From contig OZ024743.1 in assembly GCA_964016885.1 (NCBI GenBank), positions 196,974,001 through 197,038,000 on the forward strand: 64,000 bases of DNA. The letters are read 5' to 3'. The notes beneath the pieces were generated by a model. The model was not told where the DNA came from, ran no database searches, and saw nothing but the letters and a program-made list of their open reading frames with translations. The position numbers and the translations under genes were made by a program. Positions within the stretch are counted from its first letter, which is position 1; each line of letters starts with the position of its first letter. Positions 38,903 through 52,404 of this stretch are shown one piece after another. Source of the DNA: Eledone cirrhosa (lineage: Eukaryota).

Positions 38903-40908
38903 TGAATATATATATATATATACACACATACACATACAGTGTGTTGTTTTTTAAGCTGACATACATAGGAAGGTAACAGTGAGAACATTGCCAATGATGT
39001 TATAAGTATGCCATTTCATTTAATTCTACTTCAGTCTTCATCTACTCTTTGTGATGCTTTGTTTTCAAGCAATTTCAATTACTGTAAACAATCTTCTAAC
39101 TTCATCTTGTTAAACAATATCAGATATCTGTTTATTTGAATTGTTTCTCTTTACTAAGTGTTGGAGAGAAAAATATTTATAAAAGGAGAGCTCTTAATGT
39201 ATCAAGTCACCTTTGTGTGAGCACAAAACAATTATATTTTATTGGATGACTTACATAGACTTGTAATAAAAAACAAGAAACAAAAACTAGTCTTCGACAG
39301 CATGAACAACTGTAAAAGGATTTAAGCTTTAAGCACTGAAATACCAATAATATCTTTTGGTACAAATATACTCATTATCTTCATCATCTCTTTATCATTT
39401 TACATCCATTTCTCATGCTGACATGGGTTGGATGGGTTGTCACAGTCAGAGAGAAAACGGGTCTGGTAACCAAGTCTTGCTTATATGTTTCAATGGCTGT
39501 ATGCCCTTCCTGGAATGTAAAGGAGTGAGGGCTGGGGTGTGTGGTGTGTGTAAAGATGGGGGTAGGGTGGGGATTTAAAGCCTGTAAGAAATGCCAATAT
39601 ATAATTTTATTTATTTTAGAGAGCAAATGGAAATATTAGCTACTTATTCTAATTAGTATTTAAAGTAATATCCATTTAAAGCCAACATTTTGGTTCAACC
39701 ATTATTTCAAACTAAAGCAATATTTATTTATATCTTAAAGCATGTTCAATATTGGAAGACTAAAACTGTTTGTTTTCTTACATAAAAAAAAATGTAAATT
39801 GAATGTGGAAGTCATTTTTTAAAAGTCTTTTGATTTTGTGGAAAATTCATTAGAAAAATAAAGGGAAACTGTATAAATACATTGATATGAAATAAAAATT
39901 AGTTACATTTGTCGATATGTGTAAAAATAACTTTAGAATATTCCAGGTGGATAATAAGTTTTAAAAAAGCATTCAGTGATTTTGAGTTTCATGAACATTG
40001 CTATTTAATTTAAATATTTTAATTAAACATAATTTTTTCATATTGCTAAGTATTATTGTTTTGTATGTGAGAGATAAGTGACTTTAGGTGATTAATAATA
40101 AAGCAAAGAGTATTTTCACAAATACAAAGACACTTAAAATTTAAAACATCGAGGGATAAAACCATCCTATTATTTCACATCTCTTTCCCTCTAAATATAT
40201 ATGTAGGGAGAGAAAAAAACCCTAAGCAATTGCACAGAATGCTGGATGATATTATAAGTCTTTGTGAAGTGTTACCTGGATAGCATAAACCAGATCTTAT
40301 AGTTCCCAATGATTTTGTTAAAAAAAAAAATGCAATGATTATAATTTAAACATCAAACAAATCCAGTGACAAAACCATATAGATTAAAACACCAAAATAA
40401 GCAATATATACTAAATTATGCAATATGCTATGAAAACAATGAATGCACAAAATATTCAAACCGTAGTGATTAACGGCAGTTTTGTGTGGTAGGCTTCTAA
40501 CAAAATAGAGTAACATGTGTAATTGTTGTCATAATACATTAACAAAAGAATTGGATTTCTTACAGCTAAAAAAATGTTAATCTATTTGGAAGAGACTCTT
40601 AGAATTTAAAAATACCATAATAAAATAAAACTAGTTCTGCTGTAAACTAGATATACATGTATGTGTGCATATGAGAGCATGTATAGTGTTAAGTTAGTAA
40701 CAATAAAAATGTCCTTGATTGTTGATGACAATGTGTTTCTTCCATAGGTGAGACAGAAGTAATCCAGTGAAATAGAATAATATGAAAGATTTTTCAACCT
40801 TGGGATACGTTGTAGGAGTAAACAGCAACTGTGTAAAGACGTAGCAAATCAGAAAATATCTACCATAGTCACGAGTCAGCTTTCAATGTAGATGACATGA
40901 TTCAACTC

Positions 40909-40950
40909 TTATTCAACAACCTCAGCCCATTTATGTTCTATTTTGCCAAA
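40909..40950 (-). CDS. BCAT: BCAT terminal coding exon
   Basis: ttgcag|TTT; FGKIEHKWAEVVE*, matching the BCAT C-terminus (YG...W..V). Confidence 0.88.
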   Translation of the reverse strand, partial: FGKIEHKWAEVVE

Positions 40951-40989
40951 CTGCAATAAAGATTAATAAATATTATTGCTGAAACTGAT

Positions 40990-42190
40990 AATTATTATTT
41001 CTATTTTTGGCACAAGGCCAGCAATTATGCCAGTGTATTACTGGTACTTTATTTTATCGACCCCATAAGGATGAAAGGCAAAGTTAACCTCGGCAGGATT
41101 TGATAATAATTGTTTCTTCTTTTGGCACAAGGCCAGCAATTACCCAGTACATTACTGGTACTTTATTTTATCGACCCCGTAAGGATGAAAGGCAAAGTGA
41201 ACCTCAGCGGGATTTGAACTCAGAATAGAAAGGGACGTAACTATGCTGGAAAGCATGGCGTCCGACTCTCTACCGATACTGCCAATTCACGACCCCGTAA
41301 GGATGAAAGGCAAAGTGAACCTCAGCGGGATTTGAACTCAGAATAGAAAGGGACGTAACTATGCTGGAAAGCATGGCGTCCGACTCTCTACCGATACTGC
41401 CAATTCACGACCCTGTAAGGATGAAAGGCAAAGCTAACTGCAGCGGGATTCAAAGTCAGAATGTAAAGGACCATAACTCTATGCTGCAAAGCATAGTGTC
41501 TGATGCTTTACCGATACCGCCAATCCACTGCCGTATAATAATATAATAATAATAATAATAATAATAATAGTGATGGTGATGATGATGAATTAATTTATTG
41601 GCCATAATAAATTGGAAAAAATACATAGACAGAAACAAAACATGGGGTTTACATTGAGTAAAGGATAGACTGAATTAACTAAGAATGGACGACATAGCAA
41701 TAACAATGGCAATAATAATGATGGTTTCTGATTTAGGCACAAGGCCAAGAATTTTGGGAGAGGGGAAAGTTGATTAAATCAACTCCAGTGCATTACTGGT
41801 ACTTTAATTTATCGACCACGTAAGGGTGAAAGACAAAGCTAATCTCAGCAGGAATAATAATAATAATAATTGTTTCTACTTTAGGCACAAGGCCAGCAAT
41901 TATCCCAGTGTATTACTGGTACTTTATTTTATCGACCCCGTAAGGATGAAAGGCAAAGTTAACCTCGGCGGGATTTGAACTCAGACCATAAAGGGCCGTA
42001 ACTCTTTGCTGCAAAGCATGGCGTCCGACCCTCCACCGATACTGCCAAAATAATAATAATGGTTTCTGATTTAGGCACACGGCCAACAATTTTGGGAGAG
42101 GGGAAAGTTGATTAAATCGACCCCAGTGTGTTACTGGTACTTTATTTTATTGACCCTGTAAGGATGAAAGGCAAGGTTAACTCCGGTGGG
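40990..42190 (-). mobile_element. cluster of tRNA-SINE copies in the last BCAT intron
   Basis: At least 6 full or partial copies, including three 118-bp tandem head units at 41172, 41290 and 41408. Confidence 0.88.
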
Positions 42191-42273
42191 AAGTTTTGAA
42201 GGATGCAGTGTCCCAACAGCTAACAAGTGTGAAGAGTTTGTTCTAACAACAGACAATCATTATAGTAACTTAC

Positions 42274-42420
42274 CTGGATATCCATAAGTGCTGACAGGAA
42301 ACGGTTTGTTAACTGAGCACCATTTGTCATAGTGGGGAATGCTATTTCCTCTTTCTTGAATATCATTTTCTCAACTGGGCAGACAACACAAGCAGTTCCA
42401 GCACCAAAAATTTCTAATAT
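42274..42420 (-). CDS. BCAT: BCAT exon
   Basis: ttgtag|ATA...CAG|gtaagt. ILEIFGAGTACVVCPVEKMIFKKEEIAFPTMTNGAQLTNRFLSALMDIQ. Confidence 0.95.
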
Positions 42421-42832
42421 CTACAAGAAGAAAAAGAAAAACAATAGATTAATGAAAAACTGATTAAATATTTCATTTGACATGGTTTATAAGCAAAGGT
42501 ATGGCTTTTTTAAGGAGCTTTAAATGGCCGGTTTAAATGTTAAGGGTTTAAAAGTTCAGCCTTGTTATATACCATGTCGCACTGATTCTGCCAGAAAAAT
42601 TACATTAGGGTCACATGTCTGTGGAATACTTAACCACTTACATATTAATTCACGAATAAGTGTACAATCAATCTAACAGATTGAATGCTCATCATCGAGG
42701 CAATCAGAAGAACTAGCATCATCTTATGTGTGCATAAGGTGTGTGTATGTGCAGGGTTGGATTTACACCTTGGATTTAAATCCGGCCCTGTGTGTGAGTG
42801 AATACGCATATGTATATATATATATAACTTAC

Positions 42833-42901
42833 TCTATCTTCTTCCAGAGCTGCCAAAAGTTCTTGCATATTTATATTCCTCTCAGATACTTTAAATTCAT
42901 T
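42833..42901 (-). CDS. BCAT: BCAT exon
   Basis: ttacag|AAT...AGA|gtaagt. NEFKVSERNINMQELLAALEEDR. Confidence 0.93.
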
Positions 42902-43034
42902 CTGTAAATTAGAAAATGATGAACATTTTTGAAAAATCGACAAATAAAATTAAAATATACTGTAGATATCTTACAGAAAGCTAGTATTTCAGATTAATAA
43001 GGAAGCATAAAACTAGCTAAATCCTGACACATAC

Positions 43035-43120
43035 CCAGCCTCGGGCCAAGTCCAAAAGACTTCTCCGTGTGACTCCTGGTAAGATAAGTCCATTAAGTGG
43101 AGGAGTAATTAATTCTTTCT
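43035..43120 (-). CDS. BCAT: BCAT exon
   Basis: tttcag|AG...TGG|gtatgt. [29 protein letters not shown]. Confidence 0.95.
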
Positions 43121-43643
43121 CTGAAAATATAAAATAAAATAACAAAAATCACATACTGATATCAACTGTTCAACTCTTTTGTTGTCATGAACCCCCACCC
43201 TCCTCATCATAATCCTGTTTATGTTCATTTCTCAAAGCTAACATGAGCTGAATGGCTTTCATAACTTCTTGTGGTTTTTCAGAGAGAGAAAATAACTGTC
43301 GGTATGCATATCATTTTTTGTTTTGTAATTTTAGTAAATTTTTCCAGCTGGATGATATGTTTTGGTAGAGGCAGTTTCATGAAAAAAACCTCCCAGTACA
43401 TGTTGTAAAGTGGTAGACATTAGGAAGGGCATCCAGTGATATAATGCCAAGCCCAAAACGGATCATATGACCAAGACATGGTCACCTGACCTGTCCAACC
43501 TCATAACCTGACAGCCTGTATAACCCATCAAGCATGTAAAAGAGACATTAAACTGATGATGATGATGATGATGATCGTGATGTATGTTCACTACAATATT
43601 AGATAGTATCATGAATCAATATAAGAATTCTGTTATAACCAAC

Positions 43644-43786
43644 CTCCGTCTTTGTTAATCCAATAAATAAAAAGGTTCATGGTGCCAACTTCTGTCAGTT
43701 GGTAATCATCTCCAAACAGCCAGAGAACTTGTTGGCAGTTACTCTGTAGGGCTTCATATTGTGGTAGTAATGTGGGAGCATAGTTC
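43644..43786 (-). CDS. BCAT: BCAT exon
   Basis: cacag|G AAC...GGA G|gttggt. [47 protein letters not shown]. Confidence 0.95.
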
Positions 43787-44218
43787 CTGTGAAAATCAAA
43801 CAAAAAAGAGAGTAAACATAGAAGTTTAATCTTGGTGTAAGAGGAATTTATAAATACAAATAATTGTTTCTACTTTTGGCACAAGGCCAGCAATTTGAAG
43901 GGGAGGGAAAAGTCGATTAAATCGACCCCAATGCATTACTGGTGCTTTATTTATCAACCCCGTAAGGATGAAAGGCAAAGCTAACCTCGACAGGATTTTA
44001 AATACAAATAATTGTTTCTACTTTTGGCACAAGGCCAGCAATTACCCAGTGTATTACTGGTACTTTATTTTATCGACCCCGTAAGGATGAAAGGCAAAGT
44101 TAACCTCGGCGGGATTTGAACTCAGAATGGCAAGGGCCGTAACTCTATGTATCAAAGCATGGCATCCGACCCTCTACCGATACTGCCAATTCACCGCCCT
44201 TTTAAATACAAATAATGA

Positions 44219-44394
44219 ATATTGTTATATTTGGGGAGGGTCATGTTGTCCTTATATTGCCAAAAATAGTAAAACAGACTCATTGTTTGGTTTGGTTTTT
44301 GGTTCAGTTTCAAAACTTTACAAAACAGTGAGTGTGTTTTACTATTTTTTGGCAATATCAGGACAAACATGACCCTTCCCAAATATAACAATAT
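44219..44394. mobile_element. MITE-like foldback element (related copies at 53221-53625, partial at 50690-50828)
   Basis: Terminal inverted repeats of about 65 bp: attgttatatttgggg... / ...cccaaatataacaat. Confidence 0.65.
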
Positions 44395-46603
44395 CTCTTT
44401 CGACACACGATTTCATATCAAAAACCTTGCAAAACAAATACATCGGTGCCAAATAATAAACTTTAACTCTTAATGTCCTACCACACATGAAAATGCATTA
44501 GCAAGACATTCTTGTTAAATACAAAATAGCATCATGTTAAAAATTAAAGTCTTTACTCTAAGACTGCCAAATTTCATAACAATTGGGAAAATTTGAACTG
44601 TGTGTCTCCCGACGCAAATAACCATGATAATATTTGATCACTATAAGTAAAGTATCCCTGAAGACAGAACGGGGAGGACAAAGCCATTTACGAGCAAACA
44701 AACCCTGCATCTCTCGGATGCTGGTTAAGTGTGTTAACCATTATGCTAAAGAGTCATTGGTCACTAATTCCATCAAGTTGGAAAATTTTAGGACTGTAAC
44801 TAGAAATGTAAACAAAGCAGTTGACTTAAAAAGCATTGGAGAAATCTGAAATTTGAGATGTGCTTCCCAACGCAAATATAACCATAATAATTGTTTCTAC
44901 TTTTGGCACAAGGCCAGCAATTACCCAGTGCATTACTGGTACTTTATTTTATCGACCCCGTAAGGATGAAAAGCAAAGTTAACCTTGGAGGGATTTGAAC
45001 TCAGACCATAAAGGGCCGTAACTCTTTGCTGCAAAGCATGGCGTCTGACGTTCTACCGATACTGCCAATCCAAATAATAATCAACCATTATAAACAAAAG
45101 TTTCTAATTTTGGCACAAGGCCAGCAACTTTTGAGAGAGTGGAAAGTTGATTATATCGATTCCAGTTCTTTACTGTGGTACTTTATTTTATTGATCTTGG
45201 AAGGATGAGAGAAAAAGTTGATTTGGGCAGGATTTGAACACAGAAAGTGGACATATTTTACTGGCAAAATCAACCGGCAGGAGACCCAGGGGTAGACTCT
45301 GAGCAAGATGGTTGGATAACATCCATGAGTTTGGCTGGTCTCACTTGGGGATCCAGCCGGATCAATTGGAGATGGTTGCTTCTGACAGGATCCGCTGGAA
45401 GGAGTGTTTGAGGGCTCTGCTCCCATGACTCTCCCAAGAATAAGTGGGCGAAGAAGAATAAAAGCACGACTCTGCCAATCCACTGCCCTCACTATAAATA
45501 GCAGTTGATGTTAATTATTTATTGTTGCCAAAGAGCAATGCCTCTTCTCTTTTTAACATATTTAAAAATATATTTCAATACTTATATTTAATCCAAAGTC
45601 TGGTTGAAGATATAATAGTTATTTGACAGTACTGTCTTCTTCTTCGCCCACTTATTCCTGTTAAGGTCGTGAGAGCAGAGTCCTCAGACACTCCCTCCAG
45701 TGGGTCATGTCAGAAGCAACCGTCTCCAACTGATCCGGTTGGATCCCCAAGCGAGACTAGCCAAGTTCAAGGATGTTATCCAACCATCTTGGGTCACCTT
45801 CCCGTTGATTTAGCCCTTAAAATCTATTCAACGATTGTTTCCTGAGACATTCTAACCACATGCCTGTCCAATACCAACTTTAAAAGTTATCTTCCATGTA
45901 GCCATTATATTTGTACTTTCATTTTGTTTCAATAATATTCTACTAGAAAATATCAATTTTATTGAATGTATCTCATGTAAGGGTGTAATATGCAATTACG
46001 ATGCAAGGGAGGTAATAATGTAAAACTATATCACAGTCGCTTCCCTTGACAAAATGATTTCTGAAAGGAAGACAATATTACATGTTTTGTTTACGGTAGA
46101 ACGCTGGACAGAAACGCTTTGCGGTATTTAGTCACGACTTTCTACGTTCTGATTTCAAATCCCGCCGAGGTCAACTTTGCCTTTCATCTTTTCGGGGTCA
46201 ATAAAATACTGTACCAATTAAGTACTGTGATCCATATAATCGACTTTTCATTTCCTCAAAATTGCTGGTCCCCCCCCCCCCCCCCCCACCTTTTATCTTT
46301 TTTTTTTTCTTCCCTTTTCTTTTATTTCTCTCGCTGTGGTCATGTGTTTTGGTGTTTTGTTCTTGTGAGGTTCCTGTTGATGGTTGGTTGTATTTGTTAC
46401 AGACCTACCTACTTCTAAAAACCCAAACGGAGAATACCATGAAAAAAGTGCCCTAAAACAAGGAGAAATGAGGCAAAATGGGGAGATTTTACATAGTGAA
46501 AGCTGTACCTATTTTCACAAGAGAAGATATCTCTCACCCACTCCAAAGTAGGTGGTAGATCATCCCGTCTGACGGGGAGATTTGACAAGTCTGTTGTTAT
46601 TTG

Positions 46604-47695
46604 CACTCCATTCTCTGCCCCAAGTGCAAACAATGGGTACACAAGAGATGTAGCAGGATCTCAGGAAGCCTAATTAAGAATGTAGGCTTCACATGCAGCA
46701 GCTGCGCTGCGACAGCAAGCAGCAAACAACCACAGGAAACAAGTACCACCAATCTCTGGGAGGGCTCTGTAGAAACAGTAGACAGCTTCTGCTACCTAGG
46801 TGACCAAATTAGCAGCGGAGGTGGGTGTTCAGAAAGTACAATAACTAGGGTAAGAACGGGATGGAAGAAGTTTAGGGAACTACTACCACTGCTAGCTGCA
46901 AAAGGCTTCTCCCTCAGAATGAAAGGCAGACTGTATGATGCGTGTATCCGAACAGCAATGTTACATGGGCGTGAGACCATGGTAGTGAGACCATGGTAGT
47001 GAGACCTGGGCGCTGAAGGTGGAAGACACGTAGATTAGAGAGAAACGAAGCCTGCATGCTCTGATGGATGTGTAACAGTAATATACGTGAACGACAAAGC
47101 ATAAATGAATTGAGAGAGAGACTGAGCATAAGAGGAATCAAATGCTGTGTGCAGGAGAGGCAGTTGCGCTGGTATGGACATGTGATGCGTATGAAGGATG
47201 ACAGCTGCATAAAAAGGTGCAGAGCACTAGAAGTCGATGGAAACCGCGGAGTGGGGAGACCCAAGATGACCTGGGATGAGGTGATAAAAGCCGACCTTAC
47301 CCAATTACACCTCTCAAAGGCGATGACACACGTCCGTGACCTCTGGCGTCACGCAGTAATACAGAGTACCCGACCTCTCATGGGTACAAGCTGAAGCATA
47401 TAGACAATATGTCCCCCCCCCCACACCGCAAGGTGGTCGTGGAGGTGACACGGCAAAAAAGCACCCAGCCCACACTGTAAAGTAGATGTGTAGGCGCCAC
47501 GGAAAAAAAGCACCCAGCACTCACTGTAAATGAGGTTGGTGTTAGGAAGGGCATCCAGCTGTAGAAATCAAGCCAAATCAGTTCCTGTATGAGCAGGGCT
47601 TGGTCAGCTGACCAGACACTGCCTACAACAGGACAACCCGTCTAACCCATGCTAGCGTGGAAGAACGGACGTAAAATGGTGATGATGATGATGAT
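46604..47695 (+). mobile_element. 5'-truncated RTE LINE, family 2
   Basis: ORFs 46601-46999 and 47068-47394 nearly identical to 29554-30310. (GAT)n tail. Confidence 0.9.
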
Positions 47696-48967
47696 TTGTG
47701 TTTATCAACGACATATTTGTAATGATATTCCGAAAGAATTGTAAGCAATTGGTAATGTTATTTATGCATATATATATCATCATCATCATCGTTTAACGTC
47801 CGTGTTCCATGCTTGCATGGGTTTGGACGGGAGTTTACCCACTTGAGGCAAGAGTGGTTGTCTTGCTCGCATAGGACTGTCTGGCGGGTTTTCTACAGTT
47901 GGATGCCCTTCCTAACACCAACCACATTTATATATATTATTTAATAAAATCAACAACAACTATAATACATCCTATATAGTCTAAATAAAGAATGTGGAGA
48001 AGGGGTATAGCGGATTATATTGATCCCAAGGCTTGATTGGTATTTATGTTATCGATCTCGAAAGGATGACAAGCAAAGTAAACTTTATATCATATTTGCA
48101 TTTAAGTCCGAATATTTTGTATATCTAGTGATATATGGTATGTTTATGAATAAACATTTGAAAGCCTTCAGCTACGAATTTTGAACTGATGACTTAACAG
48201 CAACTAGCGAATTCCAGCAGAAGCAAGGGTGGGTAACTGTTGCCCAGGATCATCGTTTCTGACTCTGGTTGTTATCAAGTAAACCTCCCTTACCATGCTC
48301 TCTACTGGAACTCAATATAGGCGAAAACATATAGTTCTGACACCTATATACATGGGCTGATTAACTTCATTTGCATATACAGCTGTGGGCCGGCTCAGCT
48401 GGAAAATAGAATTTATGTTTGCTCTAACATAGCTGTGTACATATAAGTATTTTATATATCTAGTTATATACAGTACGTTTATGAATAAACATTTGAAAGC
48501 CTTCGGCTATGAATTTTAGAAACTAATGACATAGAGCCATCTAGCGGATTCAAAGAGAAGCAAGGGTGGGTAACTATCGACCCCGATTATCATTTTTGAC
48601 TCTGGTCGCTATCATGTCAGTGTTCCCTTACCCGGCTCTCTGCTGGAACTCAATATAGTTGAAAACATAGCTTTGACACCAATATACATGGGCTTTGCAT
48701 ATTTCGTGTTTCATTGACATTTATTTTTAGAATTAAACGCTGGCAAGTTTACCATAAAATATAGAAGGATAACTGTTTCTGAAAAAGTCAGGACTTTAAA
48801 ATTATACAATAGCAAGGTTAAAAATATATACACATTAAATAGGTGTTACTGAATAACATATAGATAGGGTCAGGTGTGGTTGTGTTATTAAGGGATGCAC
48901 TTCTGAAACTTCAGTAGATGGAAACTATGTTGGAGCCAGGCATGTGTTTGTGTTCATTTGTGTGTAC

Positions 48968-49011
<44 letters not shown>

Positions 49012-49013
<2 letters not shown>

Positions 49014-50450
49014 ATGAAATTATTGTGTAAAGTGCTCAGGTGCACTACAACTCGTCAAAGGTACATAGAATAATACACAAATGTCAGGGAAGTGAATAGT
49101 GTATGAGTCATGATATACATGTGTGTATGTGTATGGAGGGGGAATATTAGGTGTAGTGTTGGCGAATCTCGGGAAGCATGGTGGCCTTAAAGGATGCAGT
49201 GTCTCGACAGCTAACAACTGATGCAGGTAGTTTGTTCCATGCTTCAGCAACTCTGAGTGTGAAAAAATGTTTCCGAAAGTCATGAGAACTGTACTGTTTT
49301 CTGACTTTGTAGGCATGCCCACATGTGTTAGACACATGGAAATCAAAAAGGTAGTCAGGGTTGTTGTTGGCAAGATGGTTAACAATTTTGTGGGTGTTTA
49401 CCAAGTCAGTTGCCAGGCATTGTAGCTTCAATGTATCCATGCCCAGGGAAGCAAGGCGCTCAGAGTATGGTAGATGCCTGATGGAGGGTATTCGCTTGGT
49501 TGCACGTCTCTGAACAGTTTCCAGGCGGTCAATGTTCTGAGCAAGTAGGGGTTCCAGACTGGTGATGTAAATTCTAAGTGTGGCCGCACCATAGCCATGT
49601 ACAGCCTTAAATAGATAGCTGGAGAGCAGCTGACAAAGGTCTTGCTGAGTGATGCTAAGACACCCTCGGCCCTCTTGACAATTTTAGAGACGTGCTTCGT
49701 CCAATGCAAATTGCTGCTGACCGTAATGCCCAGGTCACGTTCACAAGAAGACTTCTTGATATTAGTGCTGTGGAGGGAGTATGTGGACGCTGGGTTTTTA
49801 CTTCCAAAATGCATGGTGGTACACTTGTTCACAGCCAACTTGAGTTGCCAGTCCGTGATCCATTGTTGCATTGTGTGCAGGTCAGATTGCAGGAAAGATC
49901 TATAGTGTTCAGGATCTGTCCTTTTTATCTCAATGTACAGCTTGATGTCATCTGCGTACTTTAGTACTGTGGAATTCTTTAAGTTGGCGTCTATATCATT
50001 AATATATGCCACAAACAAAAGGGGGCCAAGAACAGATCCCTGCGGTACACCAGATGACATCTCATATGGTGAGGAATGCTGTCCCAGAACCGTGACTACC
50101 TCTCTTCAACTGAGAATGAAGGACTTCAACCAGTTAAAAAGATCATCCCTCACACTCATTGCAGAGAGTTTTGCCATAAGCCTTTTGTGTGGCACAGAAT
50201 TGAAAGCTTTCGCAAAGTCAAGGTAAACAATGCAACTAGTAAGACTGACTGGACGATAGTTCACAGGTGATGTGCGGTCACCCTTTTTGAACAGAGGAAT
50301 GACACTGGCAGTTTTCCACTGTTCTGGAGTAGCACCGTTGTTCAGACAGAATTGGAAGAAGCGTGATAACTGGTGCAGAAGGAAGTACCCACCACGTTTA
50401 AGAAGCAGGTACGTAACACCATCAAGACCAGGAGAGGCATGGTTGCATTT
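49012..50450 (-). mobile_element. 5'-truncated CR1-type LINE (3' fragments at about 19320-19425, 19995-20150, 24012-24260, 26270-26625)
   Basis: NYRPVSLTS, YLDFAKAF, GVPQGSVLGPLLF, YADDIKL, VRPHLEF, FFTLRVAEAWNKLP. Internal deletion in the RT. Confidence 0.9.
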
Positions 50451-50598
50451 ATACATATATATATATATATATATTCATTTTATTAAGGCTAAATAGTGAG
50501 TCTTGTTACTCAGGAGTTTCGCCTTATTACCACAAGGTCATATATATATATATCTAAATGGAGTAGACATTACAATACAACGTGAGTTAACATAATAG

Positions 50599-50642
50599 TA
50601 CCACTGATGATGTCACAGGTGTGTGATGAAAGAACTTTGATA
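50599..50642 (+). ncRNA. minimal type I hammerhead, slightly decayed
   Basis: tacca-CTGATGA-t gtcac aggtgt gtgat-GAAA-gaac-TT-tgata, between two (TA)n tracts. Confidence 0.65.
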
Positions 50643-50841
50643 GACTATATATATATATATATTTTTTTTTAACTGATGGTCAATTAATGATAAACATTGA
50701 TTGCCAGCTAAATTAACTATAGGGATATAAAATATACAGAGGCGAAAACCAATCCAAACCAAACAGCGAGTGTGTTTTTTAAAAATTATTTCTGGCAATA
50801 TTGTAACAATATGACACTCCCCAAATATATATATATATGTA

Positions 50842-50939
50842 CAGGGTGTTCCAAAAAATGTATACACACTTTGATTACCTGTACAGACAATATTTATTAG
50901 AATGCTGAAGTGTGTATATATTTTGGGGGGGACACTCGG
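50842..50939. mobile_element. Tc1/mariner-type MITE, about 98 bp
   Basis: TA|CAGGGTGTTCC...tatacacactt / aagtgtgtata...GGACACTCGG|TA. Confidence 0.65.
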
Positions 50940-52086
50940 TATATATATAAAGTTATACATACATACACACACACACACCTGAAAAGTCTTTTTTTTTAAC
51001 AAACAAGAGAAAAAGAACTCAATATATATTACAGAGTACAATATGTGTATGAACAGGTAATTAATTCATGCTGTTATTAACCAGTAGCTTGCTTGGTATA
51101 TGTTCAAAGCCAACAACAGACATCAATATTCATTATTGCCTGAAAGAATGCATTGATTGAGAACATCTGAGTAGGGTCAGTGATAGAATCATATTGCCCC
51201 CACATACACATAGCCCTATATAATATACAACTAGCATTTTAAGGTCATTAACAGGGGTTAGTTATCCTTGCACATCCCATGACAGGCTTCATACTCATCA
51301 TGAGGTCCTTTTTTAGACAGTGTTTTACAGCTGGGTGCCCTGCCTGATATCAACTCTTTTAATCACTTATCACATGATATGGTGTATCTATTCTAAACTG
51401 GATACATACAGCCCTATAATATTTCATTCTCAATACCATTAGCCCTATAATGTCTCAATCTTAATTCTGTTAGCCCTATAAAGTAAATCTGGGGTACACA
51501 AAAGATATAGTGGGATAATGAGTAGGGAGAACTTTGCATGTAAAAGATGCACAGGAGAAATTGAGAGGAAGACTGCTAATGATATAAACCTTTTCTAATC
51601 AGAGGAAGGATGCACTGATGTGGTTGCTAGCTTCTGTTATCTAGGTGACATAATTAGTAGTAGAGGAGGGTGCACCAAGGGTATAATAGCTAGAATAAGG
51701 ATAGGATGGAAGAAGTTTAGAGAACTACTCCCACTGTTGACAACAAAGTTTCTCCCTACGTACAAAAAGAAGGCTGTATGACGCCTGTGTGCAAAGCACG
51801 ATGCTGCATGGTAGTGAACCTTAATGATATTGTTGGCCATATCTGACTTGTGTTATTCTGCACAAAGTTTACTCCCAGCTTATGTGGTTCTATACTGGGC
51901 ATCAGCTGAAGTAATCTCTAACATGTTTGAGTTGATCTTAAAAGTTTGTCCGTTTTATGCATTTTTTCACGTACAGAGTTGCTGAATCACGGAACAAACT
52001 ACTTTTGAAAAAATTGCTGGATAGATTTTACAGGCAAATTCTGACAGGAGCTGCTGCAAGGTGTGCTTTTGCTCCATGACCCTCCC

Positions 52087-52404
52087 AAAAAGAAAAAAGA
52101 AAAAAGAAAAAAGAAAAAAGAAAAAAGAAAAAAGAAAAAAGAAAAAAGAAAAAAGAAAAAAGAAAAAAGAAAAAAAGAAAAGAAAAAAGAAAAAAGAAAA
52201 AAGAAAAAAGAAAAAAGAATAAAGAAAAAAGAAAAAAGAAAAAAGAAAAAAGAAAAAAAGAAAAAAGAAAAAAGAAAAAAGAAAAAAGAAAAAAGAAAAA
52301 AGAAAAAAGAAAAAAGAAAAAGAAAAAAGAAAAAAGAAAAAAGAAAAAAGAAAAAAGAAAAAAGAAAAAAGAAAAAAGAAAAAAGAAAAAAGAAAAAAGA
52401 AAAA
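52087..52404. repeat. (AAAAAAG)n heptamer array
   Basis: About 45 near-perfect units. Confidence 0.97.
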
